This document shows positions 29,451 to 41,204 of a DNA stretch of 64,000 bases, one piece after another. Position 1 is the first letter of the stretch. Each line of letters starts with the position of its first letter. The DNA comes from Longimicrobiales bacterium (GTDB lineage: Bacteria > Gemmatimonadota > Gemmatimonadetes > Longimicrobiales > Gaopeijiaceae). Made by a program: the position numbers and the translations under genes. The notes beneath the pieces are model-generated. The model ran no database searches and was not told the DNA's origin. It saw only the letters and a program-made list of their open reading frames with translations. Location: assembly GCA_963422615.1 (NCBI GenBank), contig OY730414.1, positions 496,001 to 560,000 on the forward strand, written 5' to 3'.

Positions 29451-30588
29451 GCCCCTTCTCAGAAGCCGCCCGGACTCCCCGGTCTACAACCAAAACCGCG
29501 AGGATCAGGAGGGCCTCGGTTCCCCGGACCCACACCTCTGGAACCCCGGCCTCCCGCTGCATGGCCCCGCCCCCGGCACTCAAGGCTCCGAAGATGACGG
29601 CAGTGATGGGGACGGCGATGGGGTCAAGACGAGCCAGCAGCGCCACGGCGATGGCGGTATAGCCCCACCCCGGGGAAAAACCCTCGTACATGCGTCCGGT
29701 AATCCCAGCAACCTGAGTCCAGCCGGCCAGGCCGGCGAAGGCCCCTGAACCCAGAAAGGAAAGCCAGATCACGGATCGGGGGTTGAACCTGCCGCTGACC
29801 ACTGACGCCTTGACGGAGGCCCCGGCAGCCCGGACACGAAAGCCGCCGGGCGTGCGGGTCAGATAGAGCCAGAGAGCGACTGCGGCGACGATACCGAGGA
29901 GGAATCCCAGGTGAAGTCGGGTTCCCGGGAGCAGTGGCGGTAGCTCGGCGGCAGCGGGGATCTCATCCGTCATGTTGAAGATTCCCCGGGACTCCTGGAG
30001 GAGGCCTTGGACCAGAAACTGGGCGAAATAGAGGGCGACAAAGTTCATGAGAAGGGTTGTGATCACTTCGCTTACGCCCATTCTCGTCTTCATGGCCGCG
30101 GGAGCGGCCGCCCATAGCGCACCGGCAGCGGCCGCCGCGCAGAGGGTTGTCGGGACCAGTAGCACGGGATTCGCTCCCGGAAGCAAGACGGCCACGGCCA
30201 CGCCGGCCAGGGCTCCGGCGTAGAGCTGTCCCTCGGCCCCGATGTTCCAGACCCCAGCCTTGAAGGCAAGGGCGACCCCGAGGCCCGTGAACAGGAGGGG
30301 CGTAGCCTGAACCAGGGTAAAGGAGACGAAGCGATTCCAGGACCCGAATGCTCCCATGTACAAAGCGCCCAAAGCTCCACCGGGCGAGTGACCGCCCAGC
30401 GCCAGGAGAACGGCGGCGACGACGAGGGTTGCCAGGAGAGCCACGCCGGCTTGCGCGACGGCCTGAAGTCCGCTACGGACCCGTTGCCGCATGGAGTGCA
30501 CGGGATGGGAAGCCCCAGGGGGTGGCGTTTCACTATGCGGCGGCGTCTGTTCCTGCGAAGAAGAATCGGCGGGGTGCGGGTGCATCAA
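29443..30588 (-). CDS. ABC transporter permease (nucleoside/simple-sugar type)
   Basis: PLLFTGLGVA, NIGAEGQ, EVITTLLMN, GYTAIAVALLA. Start uncertain. Confidence 0.92.
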   Translation of the reverse strand: MMHPHPADSSSQEQTPPHSETPPPGASHPVHSMRQRVRSGLQAVAQAGVALLATLVVAAVLLALGGHSPGGALGALYMGAFGSWNRFVSFTLVQATPLLFTGLGVALAFKAGVWNIGAEGQLYAGALAGVAVAVLLPGANPVLLVPTTLCAAAAAGALWAAAPAAMKTRMGVSEVITTLLMNFVALYFAQFLVQGLLQESRGIFNMTDEIPAAAELPPLLPGTRLHLGFLLGIVAAVALWLYLTRTPGGFRVRAAGASVKASVVSGRFNPRSVIWLSFLGSGAFAGLAGWTQVAGITGRMYEGFSPGWGYTAIAVALLARLDPIAVPITAVIFGALSAGGGAMQREAGVPEVWVRGTEALLILAVLVVDRGVRAASEKGHG

Positions 30589-32207
30589 GCTCCCTTCCCC
30601 CTTGCCGGTTGCTTCGCCTTGTTGGCTCCCGTCTCGCCCTCCCGTCCCGCTTCCTTACCGGTGCTCAGCATGAGTTTGCCGATGGCGGCGCGGGCCGGGT
30701 TCCCCGGAGGCGCCGGAACCAGACGCCCCCCGACCAGGACGGCGATCCGGTCGGAAAGATCGAGGACTTCGTCCAGGTCGGCGGAGATCAGGACGATTCC
30801 AGGAGGCGGGTTTCCCGTCCGGACGAGCTCGGCCATTCGGGTTCGCACTGCCTGGGTGGCGCGCACGTCAAGTCCCCGAGTCGGCGATTCGGCGACCAGA
30901 AGGTCCCCTCCGCGAAGAAACTCCCGGCCCACAAGAACCCTCTGCTGGTTCCCCCCTGAAAGCGTCCGCACCGCGGCTCCGGGGCGTGGGATGCGTACGT
31001 CCATCTCCCGGGTCAGTGTGGCGGTACGGCGCTCGATTTCTGCCCAGTCCAGCCACGGCCCCTTCCGGAACGACGGGTCTTGATGGAGGGCGAGGGCCAC
31101 GTTTTCCAGGATGGAAAAGTCGACCATCAGCCCTTCCCGAGTCCGGTCCTGGGGAATCCAGCCGATTTCGCCGGGAAGGACCACGGTCCCCGAATCCGGT
31201 CGCCGCACCCCTGCGAGGACCGCGGCCAGCTCCCGCTGACCGTTCCCTTCTACCCCTGCAATGCCCAGAACCTCCCCTCGGTGTACGGTAAGGTCGACCT
31301 TGCGAAGCGCCTGCCGTCCCGCCGTTCCAGTCGTAACATCCGCCACGGTCACGTTCGCCAGGGAGGCCACCGGAGCGGGTTTGTTCGGACTCCGGGCAGA
31401 ACCCCGCGGACCGAACGATCGGGCCCTCGGGATACGCGGCGGGGTTGCCGCCGGCATGACGTCGGGGAGGCTCCCGTTGGGGTCTCCCACCATCGCCCGC
31501 ACGAGTTCCCGAGCCGGAAGGTCCCTGGTCTCCTTGGTCAGGATCCGCTTCCCCTTGCGAAGGACGGTGACCCGGTCGGCCACGCCCAGAATCTCGTCCA
31601 GCTTATGGGCCGCCAGCACGATCCCCGTACCGGCCGTGGCCACCCGACGGAGAACCGCGAAGAGGCCCTCCACCTCCGGGGGGGCGAGGACCGCGGTGGG
31701 CTCATCCAGGAGGAGGACCCGGGTTTCGCTCATCAGGGCCTTCAGGATTTCGACTCGCTGCTGCGACCCCACGCCCAGCGCTTGAACCGGGACATCCAGA
31801 TCAACATCCAGCTTGAGCTCCCGGGCCCGACGTTCCACCTGGGTTCGGTATCCCGGAGCGGGGGCTCCCCGCCGGGTCCAGGCTCCCCGGTTGAAAAGAG
31901 CGATGTTTTCCAGGCCCGTGAAACGGGGGACCAGGGAAAAGTGCTGGTGAACCATAGCGACCCCGTGACGGAGAGCGGCGGCGGCGTTGCCTGCGTCAAA
32001 GGGACGTCCCCCGATCTCGACCCGGCCCGCGTCGGGAGACAGCAGACCGGCGAGGACAAGGGCCAGCGTGGTCTTCCCGGCCCCGTTCTCCCCCAGCAGC
32101 CCGTGGATTTCCCCCGGCGCCAAGCCGAAGCCAACCTGATCAAGAGCCGTTACGGCTCCGAACTGCTTGGTGACCCTCCGAAGCCGCGCTGCGGGCACGC
32201 TTGTCAA
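30585..32207 (-). CDS. ABC transporter ATP-binding protein (double NBD)
   Basis: GENGAGKTT, LLDEPT, GVEGNGQ, LSGGNQQ, PTRGLDV. Start placed at TTG 32207, after the BMP gene stop. Confidence 0.93.
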   Translation of the reverse strand: MTSVPAARLRRVTKQFGAVTALDQVGFGLAPGEIHGLLGENGAGKTTLALVLAGLLSPDAGRVEIGGRPFDAGNAAAALRHGVAMVHQHFSLVPRFTGLENIALFNRGAWTRRGAPAPGYRTQVERRARELKLDVDLDVPVQALGVGSQQRVEILKALMSETRVLLLDEPTAVLAPPEVEGLFAVLRRVATAGTGIVLAAHKLDEILGVADRVTVLRKGKRILTKETRDLPARELVRAMVGDPNGSLPDVMPAATPPRIPRARSFGPRGSARSPNKPAPVASLANVTVADVTTGTAGRQALRKVDLTVHRGEVLGIAGVEGNGQRELAAVLAGVRRPDSGTVVLPGEIGWIPQDRTREGLMVDFSILENVALALHQDPSFRKGPWLDWAEIERRTATLTREMDVRIPRPGAAVRTLSGGNQQRVLVGREFLRGGDLLVAESPTRGLDVRATQAVRTRMAELVRTGNPPPGIVLISADLDEVLDLSDRIAVLVGGRLVPAPPGNPARAAIGKLMLSTGKEAGREGETGANKAKQPARGKGA

Positions 32208-32226
32208 GGCTCTTCTGGTGAGCCGG

Positions 32227-33288
32227 TCAGGAGGGGGAAGGCAGATCCTCTTCGGGGACACCAAGATCGGAACCTGATTCGCCGGGGTCTTCCAAGTATC
32301 GAATCTTCGGGATGGCAAGGTCGCCGCTAATAATCTCTTGCTTGGCCTTGCCGACCCGGGCCTCCAGTTCGGGAGAGATGAGTCCGTTGTGCAAGGGATT
32401 CGGCACGAAGTCGACTCCCCGGGTTGCCAAGCCCGTATTCATGGGGCCCGAAAGGGTCCCCGCCTGCCACGCCTTGGCGGTCCGCAGAAACATGGCGGGA
32501 ATGTCGATCACCGCGCTGCCGGCGATCACGTCGGGTGCAACAGCGTTTTGATTCCGGTTCATGCCGAAGGCCCATACCTCCCGGCCCCCTTCGCGGACTT
32601 CCCGGACGGCCTGGAAAACGCCAAAGCTCGCCGCGTCCACATTGTGAATCAGGACGTCGGCACCCCTGCGGATCTGTGCCGCTGCGGCCTCCTTGGCGGC
32701 GGAGACGTCGTCCCAGCTTCCGGTAAAGGTTTCCAGCACGTTAGCCGTCGGGTTGACGGACTTCACCCCTGCGGAGAAGGCGAGGAATGTGCCCTTGGCG
32801 GGGGGAATTTCCACCCCCCCAACCATTCCCACGATATCGCTTCGGGTAACACCACCGCCGACCATCCCGGCCAAGTAAGCCGCTTCTTCCAAGTGGAAAA
32901 TCAGGGGAACCACGTTGGCGGAAGCCCGGAACCCCGCCGAGACCACGAAGGTCACGTCCGGGTAGCGCTCTCCGGCCCGGCTGGCCGCGTCCTGGTACTC
33001 GAATCCGTGCCCGAAAATCAGGCCGTACCCGGCTTCCGCGTAGGAAATGAATGCCTCGTCAAAGTCGGCGGGCGTCCGAGTCTGCTGGTGCGAAATGCGC
33101 AGCCCCAAGGAGTCGCCGATGCGTTGAAGCCCCTCGTAGGCGCCGGCGTGCCATCCGGCGTCGCTCACGGGGCCGGAAGTCAACAAGGCGACGGCGGGGG
33201 TGTCCCGTGTGTCCGGTGGGCCGCCGCAGGCCGAACCGGTTGCGGCCAGGGCGCACAAGAACGCCAACGTTCGCACTTGCCGGATCAT
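32227..33288 (-). CDS. BMP-family ABC substrate-binding lipoprotein
   Basis: Lipobox GSA-C; GPVSDAGW..GAYEGL, IFGHGFEY, AYLAG, GMVGG, GADV. Confidence 0.92.
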   Translation of the reverse strand: MIRQVRTLAFLCALAATGSACGGPPDTRDTPAVALLTSGPVSDAGWHAGAYEGLQRIGDSLGLRISHQQTRTPADFDEAFISYAEAGYGLIFGHGFEYQDAASRAGERYPDVTFVVSAGFRASANVVPLIFHLEEAAYLAGMVGGGVTRSDIVGMVGGVEIPPAKGTFLAFSAGVKSVNPTANVLETFTGSWDDVSAAKEAAAAQIRRGADVLIHNVDAASFGVFQAVREVREGGREVWAFGMNRNQNAVAPDVIAGSAVIDIPAMFLRTAKAWQAGTLSGPMNTGLATRGVDFVPNPLHNGLISPELEARVGKAKQEIISGDLAIPKIRYLEDPGESGSDLGVPEEDLPSPS

Positions 33289-33455
33289 GGGCGCCTCACT
33301 CTGGTCAGCGTTTGGCGGTTGGCCTGGATCGAAGGAGAGCAATATAATATGGTCCTTCTCCGAAAATGCGATTTCTCTGCGCCCCCTCTGCGCCAAGGGA
33401 TTGATCCCCAAGCCTCAGGGCGCGGCGCATGTCTCGTCACTCCCCAGGAGCGTCT

Positions 33456-34844
33456 ATGAGTAACGTCTCCCGAGATCACTGGAGTTCCAACATCGGTTTC
33501 GTTCTGGCGGCCACGGGCAGCGCGATCGGTCTCGGAAACCTCTGGAAATTTCCGTTCATCACCTGGGAAAACAACGGCGGCGCCTTCGTTCTCGTGTACC
33601 TCATCTGCATCGCGGCGGTCGGGTTCCCGATCATGATGGCGGAGCTTCTGATCGGACGGAGAACCCAGAAGAGCGCCGTCGGGGCCCTTAAAGAGGCTGT
33701 GGGACCGGTGTGGGGCCTGGTGGGTGGGTGGGGTGTGCTGTGTGGCTTCATTCTCCTGAGCTACTACACGGTCATTGCCGGGTGGTCCCTCTACTACTTC
33801 GGCAAGACCGTCGGGTGGTCCGCGAGCGGCTTCCCGTCCGGGCTCGCCCTGGGCGGTCTCTTCGATCAACAAGTGGGCAACGCCGGGCTCCAGCTCCTCC
33901 TCTCCCTGGGGTTCAGCGCCGCCACGGTGGCCGTTGTGTACTTCGGGGTTCGGAAGGGGATTGAGCGGATTGCCCGACTCTTCCTCCCCATTCTCTTCGG
34001 CATCCTGGTGCTCATGCTGGTGAGCGCGCTGGGGATGAGCGGTTCGGGCGAGGCCCTGCTCCACATTTTCCGGCCCAGTTTCGCGGAGCTCGAACGCAGT
34101 TCCGTGTTGGAGGCCCTGGGCCACTCCTTCTTCACGCTGTCCCTGGGGATGGGAGCGATGATCACCTACGGGTCGTACATCGCACGCAACCAGTCCATCG
34201 TGAAGGCGTCCGCCCTGATTGTGGCCCTGGATACCCTCATCGCCCTGGTCGCCACGGTCATCATGTTCTCGGTGATTTTCTCCATGGCGAACATGGGCGA
34301 CGACCTTAGCGGCAGCACGGTAGGCATGCTCTTCATCACGCTCCCCGAGCTCTTCTACAGTGAAGTGCCCTTTGGTCGGCTCCTGGGGCCCCTGTTCTAC
34401 GTGTTGGTGGCCCTGGCGGCATTGACCTCGACCATGTCTCTCCTGGAGGTGGTGACGAGTTACGTCATCGATGAACACGGCTTGGGCCGGCACAAGGCGA
34501 CCTTCTTGTGCGGAGCCGCCGTCTTCATCTTCACCATTTTCGCGGCTCTGTCGTTTACCGAAACCCCCTTCCTCGCCACGCTGGCCATCTTCGAAGGCAA
34601 GGAAGGCTGGTTTGAAACCGCCGACCACTTCGTCTCCAACTGGATGTTGCCCACCGGGGGGCTGGCGATCACCCTCGCCGCCGGCTGGTTCATGTTGCGC
34701 AGGGTGACGGAGAGTGAACTGGTGGACGGCAACGAACCCCGATGGTTTCGCTACGGGGTCTGGCGCTTCTTCATCCGCTACGTGGCGCCGACGGCCGTTG
34801 CGGCCATTATCATCGCCGCAGCCCTCGGGGTAGACTTCAGCTAG
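33456..34844 (+). CDS. Sodium-dependent transporter (NSS/SNF, LeuT-like)
   Basis: WSSNIGFVLAATGSAIGLGNLWKFP...NGGGAF, FFTLSLGMG.MITYGSY, ALTSTMSLLE. AGGAG SD before ATG 33456. Confidence 0.94.
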   Translation: MSNVSRDHWSSNIGFVLAATGSAIGLGNLWKFPFITWENNGGAFVLVYLICIAAVGFPIMMAELLIGRRTQKSAVGALKEAVGPVWGLVGGWGVLCGFILLSYYTVIAGWSLYYFGKTVGWSASGFPSGLALGGLFDQQVGNAGLQLLLSLGFSAATVAVVYFGVRKGIERIARLFLPILFGILVLMLVSALGMSGSGEALLHIFRPSFAELERSSVLEALGHSFFTLSLGMGAMITYGSYIARNQSIVKASALIVALDTLIALVATVIMFSVIFSMANMGDDLSGSTVGMLFITLPELFYSEVPFGRLLGPLFYVLVALAALTSTMSLLEVVTSYVIDEHGLGRHKATFLCGAAVFIFTIFAALSFTETPFLATLAIFEGKEGWFETADHFVSNWMLPTGGLAITLAAGWFMLRRVTESELVDGNEPRWFRYGVWRFFIRYVAPTAVAAIIIAAALGVDFS

Positions 34845-37109
34845 GTGGGCAAGTTGGAAGGGAAGCCCCGGGCTGCTGCCTCCGCTCGTGTCGATCGTAG
34901 CCATGTTTCCGGCCCGGCCCGGTCGGATGTCGCCCCTCGAGGCGTCGGCGGGGTTCTTCCCGATCACCGGGTCGAGAAGCGGCCTTCGATCCTGCGCTTT
35001 CGCGGACGGGTCCTCTTCCTCGTTGACGACGCGGATTTGGTCCGGCGCCAGCTTCATGAAGGACTGGACCTGGAGTTCACCGACGAACTGAAAGCCCGCC
35101 TCAGGGATCAGATCAGCACCGACGAGATTACACCGGCGTACATCTGCTTCTTCTACGACGGGAAGCTGGGGGACTTCCCCTACTTGGGACTCCAGGCTGC
35201 CGGGAAGAATGGCAGGCAAGCGTCTCCCGTTACCCGGGGGAGCGTCCGGGCCGGAGGATTCGTGTGCTCTGTGGCCGGAAAGCGCCGAGGGAAGGGGTCC
35301 AGTCGGGAGCAGAGTCCCTACGCCGAGACGATGGCCGGGATCCAAGTGGTTGTCGGCGAAAGCATTGAGCGGATCTACGAAGAGAACTGCCAGAATCTGG
35401 GCATCTTCACGACCCGGGACTTCGGCATCGTAGGGCGCATTCGCGCAGGGGAAGCGATCCCTCTGGCGGAGTTCACCGCCGGCAAGGACGAAATTACCCG
35501 CCAGGTCGTTGAGTACGGTGGGCTGTTCGAGTTCAACGTGGCGCGGTTGCAAGGGAAAGTGACCTTGCCGACTCCCCGGGCGCTGACCGCCGGGAGAATG
35601 GGTGCGGCTCCCGAGGTCGGCCCGGACCGTGAAGGGAGCGCTGGGCTGGACGACCCGTCGTCATCCCGGCCCATGACCCTTGCGGAGAAGATCTTCGCGA
35701 GGAAGTGGGTCGTGGACGCCGCGGAAGAGCGGGTAGGGGTGGACTGGGTCGCCCCTGGCGAAGCCGCCTTCTTCCGCGCTGATCTGCGGTTCTCCCATGA
35801 ATACGTGACCCCCATGGCTGCGTTCTTCTTCGAGGAAAAGCTGGGGCGGAACGCCCGAGTGGTAGACCCCGGATCGGTCCTCTTCTTCCGGGACCACCTG
35901 ACCCTCCTGCACGAGGCCATGAGCCAGGAGCGGATCGAAGCGGGGCTTCTGGACGCCGCCAACCAACTGGAAGTCAAGCAGCGGGAGTTCTCGGAAAGAC
36001 AGGGAATTCGACTGTACGGGGAGCAGAAGGGTCACAGGATGGGCTCGGAGGCAATCTGCCATTCGAAGATTCTGGAAGCGTACGCCGAGCCGGGAATGCT
36101 GATCATCGGAACCGACTCCCACACGCCTCACGCCGGAGCCGCTGGCGCTTTGGCCTTCGGGGTCGGCACGACCGCCATCTTCAACGCCTGGATCACGAAG
36201 GACGTGAGAGCCAGGGTTCCCTCGACCTTCAAGGTAGTTGTGTCGGGGATGCCGCCGGAAAACGTAACCGCGAAGGACTACATGCTGGAGATTCTTCGCC
36301 ACCCCTACATTCGAGACGGTCACGCCATCGGCCAGATCATCGAGTACGCGGGCCCGGCGGTGGAGGCCTTGTCTGTGGACGAACGGGCCACCATGACCAA
36401 CATGGCGGCAGAGGTCGGGGCGTTCACCGGGATCGTCGCTGCAGACGAACGCACCGCCGACTTCCTGGTCCGAGAACGCGGAATGGACCGAAGGCGGGCG
36501 CAGGCACTGGTGGAAGGAATGCAGAGCGACCCCGGCGCCGAGTACGTGAAGGTCATCGAGATCGACGCTGCCCGGGTTCGGCCCATGGTGGCCCTGCCCG
36601 GGGACCCCGGGAACGCGCTCCGAATCGACGACCTGAACGCAGCGGTTCCCATCGAGATCGCCTATGCCGGTTCGTGCACGGCAGGGAAGAAAGAGGACAT
36701 GGACATGTACGCCCGGGTCTTCCAGGAGGCCCGGGATCGCTGGGGATTAGGGGTTCATCGCAACGTGGAGTGCTACATTCAGTGTGGCTCCGTGGATGTT
36801 CGAGAGTATGCCCGGGACCGGGGGTACTTGGACCTGTTCCGGGAAGCGGGGGCCCGGTTCATTGAGCCGGGTTGTGGGGCCTGCATCGCTGCCGGACCGG
36901 GAATCACCGAGCGGGCAGACCAAGTGTCGGTATCCTCTCAGAACCGGAACTTCCCGGGTCGCTCCGGTCCAGGACAGCTCTACTTGGTGTCGCCATATTC
37001 GGTGGCGGCATCGGCGGTAGCAGGGCAGATCGCAGGATGGCAGCCGGGCGCAGCGTGGGGACGGAGGGCTGGGCTCACCGGGCGCGGGCCGCTGGGGCTG
37101 ATGACATGA
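34845..37109 (+). CDS. Aconitase-family dehydratase with N-terminal swivel (LeuD-like) domain fused to LeuC/homoaconitase-like domains
   Basis: N-term ISTDEITP, GKGSSREQ, ES.ERIY..N..NLG; then MTLAEKI, DH, DSHT, GSCT, PGCGAC (three cluster Cys), NRNFPGR. Confidence 0.9.
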   Translation: MGKLEGKPRAAASARVDRSHVSGPARSDVAPRGVGGVLPDHRVEKRPSILRFRGRVLFLVDDADLVRRQLHEGLDLEFTDELKARLRDQISTDEITPAYICFFYDGKLGDFPYLGLQAAGKNGRQASPVTRGSVRAGGFVCSVAGKRRGKGSSREQSPYAETMAGIQVVVGESIERIYEENCQNLGIFTTRDFGIVGRIRAGEAIPLAEFTAGKDEITRQVVEYGGLFEFNVARLQGKVTLPTPRALTAGRMGAAPEVGPDREGSAGLDDPSSSRPMTLAEKIFARKWVVDAAEERVGVDWVAPGEAAFFRADLRFSHEYVTPMAAFFFEEKLGRNARVVDPGSVLFFRDHLTLLHEAMSQERIEAGLLDAANQLEVKQREFSERQGIRLYGEQKGHRMGSEAICHSKILEAYAEPGMLIIGTDSHTPHAGAAGALAFGVGTTAIFNAWITKDVRARVPSTFKVVVSGMPPENVTAKDYMLEILRHPYIRDGHAIGQIIEYAGPAVEALSVDERATMTNMAAEVGAFTGIVAADERTADFLVRERGMDRRRAQALVEGMQSDPGAEYVKVIEIDAARVRPMVALPGDPGNALRIDDLNAAVPIEIAYAGSCTAGKKEDMDMYARVFQEARDRWGLGVHRNVECYIQCGSVDVREYARDRGYLDLFREAGARFIEPGCGACIAAGPGITERADQVSVSSQNRNFPGRSGPGQLYLVSPYSVAASAVAGQIAGWQPGAAWGRRAGLTGRGPLGLMT

Positions 37110-37516
37110 GCCGCAAGGCTGATGACAAGAGAAACATAGGTTTGATTGACGCGTCCGCTTCGCTTGGTTACCGACAACCCCTACTTTCGGACCATTCGGA
37201 CCGCTTGAAGAACAAGGATCTGCCTCTCTTCTTCATGGATGCCATCGTCGATCGAAGAGAAGTCCTTCTGGTGTATGGCTCGGACGTCACCTTACGCCGA
37301 GTCCGTCCCCACGCCATCGGCGTAAGCGAGAACGACAACCCCATGGTGCTGGCCTGGCAGAAGGAGGGCCCGAGCCAAAGCGGAACCCAAGGCTGGAAAT
37401 ACTTCAGCTTGGACCGGATAAGGGCAGCCAGGGTTTCAGATACGACCTTCAGTGCGCCCGCGCCTGGCTACAATCCGGACAACCCGGTCCTCTTCGAGGT
37501 TTGGGAAACGATCTGA
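37106..37516 (+). CDS. Stand-alone WYL-domain protein
   Basis: From ATG 37106: AIVDRREVLLVY...RRVRPHAIG...VLAWQ..G.S.....GWKYFSLDRI......F...PGYNP, a WYL (SH3-like) pattern. Confidence 0.75.
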   Translation: MSRKADDKRNIGLIDASASLGYRQPLLSDHSDRLKNKDLPLFFMDAIVDRREVLLVYGSDVTLRRVRPHAIGVSENDNPMVLAWQKEGPSQSGTQGWKYFSLDRIRAARVSDTTFSAPAPGYNPDNPVLFEVWETI

Positions 37517-37783
37517 TCTAGAGAAACCCGACTCAAACCCCTCCCGGACCGTGACCACCGACTTCTAGAGCGCCGGGATCGGGCTCTTCGGCATGCGCAA
37601 TGGCCCGATGGCCCGGTGACGAACCTCGGCCGGCTTCTCCAGCAGCTGGGAAATCCAGAGCGCCACGTTGACCATCACCCCCGTTCCACCGGTCGGGGCC
37701 GGAGGGCCCGCCCGCCCGACCCTTGTGCTTCGCCGGTAGGAAGCCCGTTCGGCGGTTTGCCTGGGCTCCGAAATTCGGCAACG

Positions 37784-39661
<1,878 letters not shown>

Positions 39662-39938
39662 CTAACCCGGGAAGCTTGACGTCCCGACACCTTTGCCGAT
39701 CATGCGCGGAATCTCCCCCGACCCGCTCCGGCACCCGCTTCCAACGCGTGAGCCCGTACGAATCCACCGAGTGAACAGTAACTCCCCGACGAAGGCCGCG
39801 CCGTTGGGTAGATGGCGGCGCCCTTGCCCTCCGGTTGCGATTCCGTCCGTCCCGCCTGTTTCGTGTACGTTCAGATTGTCCCCGGCCCCCCAGGGGGGGG
39901 CAGGGCCCGTAACCGCACTCCCCTAGGGGTTATTGCTC

Positions 39939-41204
39939 GTGAGTCAACGCCCGCTGCACCTTTCTTCCCAAGAAAAGGCCGTTCTGGCGGGTGCCGCCGA
40001 CTCCGCCCAGAAGCTGGCCATGGGGATCGTGGTGCGAATGGGGAAGATTCTGGGCGCAAGCGACCTCGTGAGGATCGCTTCGGCCCACATCGACGGTTGC
40101 CTCTACCACGGAGACGGCGGCGTGGAGTTCGCCCAGCGCTTGGTTGAGCTTGGCGGTCGGGTATCGGTGCCGACCACGCTCAATGTGGGAGCTCTGGACC
40201 TTCTGAATCCCGGACGGATCCGGTCGTCCGCGCACCGTCGAAGGATGGCCTTGCGCCAAATGAAGGCCTACCAGGACCTGGGATGTCAACCGACTTGGAC
40301 CTGCGCCCCGTACCAGTCGGGGCACCGTCCGGCAGTCGGCGAACATGTGGCGTGGGGGGAGAGCAACGCCGTGGCCTTTGCCAATTCGGTCCTGGGAGCG
40401 AGAACGAACCGCTACGGGGATTTCATGGACATCTGTTGCGCCCTCGTTGGCCGGGCCCCGCGCACAGGCCTTCATCTGGAAGACAAGCGTCGGGCTACGG
40501 TGGTTGTCGATACCACAGCCCTGAGCAAGGAACTGCGGGAACAGGATGTCTTTTTCCCTGTCCTGGGTACATGGCTCGGGCGAGCGGTGGGCAACCGGAT
40601 CCCCGTGGTCATCGGCCTTCCAGAGACGGTCACCGAAGACCAGCTCAAGGCGATGGGAGCGGCGGCGGCTTCCTCCGGGGCCGTGGGTCTCTTCCATGTG
40701 GAGGGCGTCACGCCGGAGGCGCCCGACCTGGAAACCGCCCTGGGTGGGGCAGTCCCGGAGACCATCCTGATCCCCCGCCCGGGGGAACTCAGGGAAGTAC
40801 GGGACGCACTGAGCACTACCGATTCCGGCCCGATCCACGCCGTGGCCGTGGGGAGTCCCCATTTTTCCCTGGAAGAATTCCGAAAGCTGGAAGTCCTCCT
40901 CCCGACGGCTCCCTTCGCCGTACCCTTCTACGTCTGCACCGGCAGGTCCCAGTATCGGCGGATCGAAGAGGAAGGCCGCCTTTCCCGCTTTGAGAGCGTC
41001 GGCGTGCGCATTGTGGTGGACACGTGCGTTGTGGTGACCCCGATTCTCCCGTCCCAAGGCGGTGTACTGTTGACCAACTCCGGCAAGTTTGCCCACTACA
41101 CCCCCGCCACTACCGGATATGGCGTAGTTTTCGGGAGTCTGGAAGACTGCGTTCGGTCAGCGGTTGAGGCCCGAGTCACCCGGGATGAATCCCTGTGGAG
41201 CTGA
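39939..41204 (+). CDS. Aconitase X catalytic (large) subunit (DUF521)
   Basis: SAHIDG, TWTCAPY, AWGESNAVAFANSVLGARTNR, GLFHVEGVTPEA, GSPHFS, DTC, TNSGKFAHY. Confidence 0.92.
   Translation: MSQRPLHLSSQEKAVLAGAADSAQKLAMGIVVRMGKILGASDLVRIASAHIDGCLYHGDGGVEFAQRLVELGGRVSVPTTLNVGALDLLNPGRIRSSAHRRRMALRQMKAYQDLGCQPTWTCAPYQSGHRPAVGEHVAWGESNAVAFANSVLGARTNRYGDFMDICCALVGRAPRTGLHLEDKRRATVVVDTTALSKELREQDVFFPVLGTWLGRAVGNRIPVVIGLPETVTEDQLKAMGAAAASSGAVGLFHVEGVTPEAPDLETALGGAVPETILIPRPGELREVRDALSTTDSGPIHAVAVGSPHFSLEEFRKLEVLLPTAPFAVPFYVCTGRSQYRRIEEEGRLSRFESVGVRIVVDTCVVVTPILPSQGGVLLTNSGKFAHYTPATTGYGVVFGSLEDCVRSAVEARVTRDESLWS

Noticed and set aside
37533..37783. Short ORF fragments between the WYL gene and thiC
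   Set aside because: Low-complexity translations with no recognisable domain; not supportable as a gene or pseudogene.
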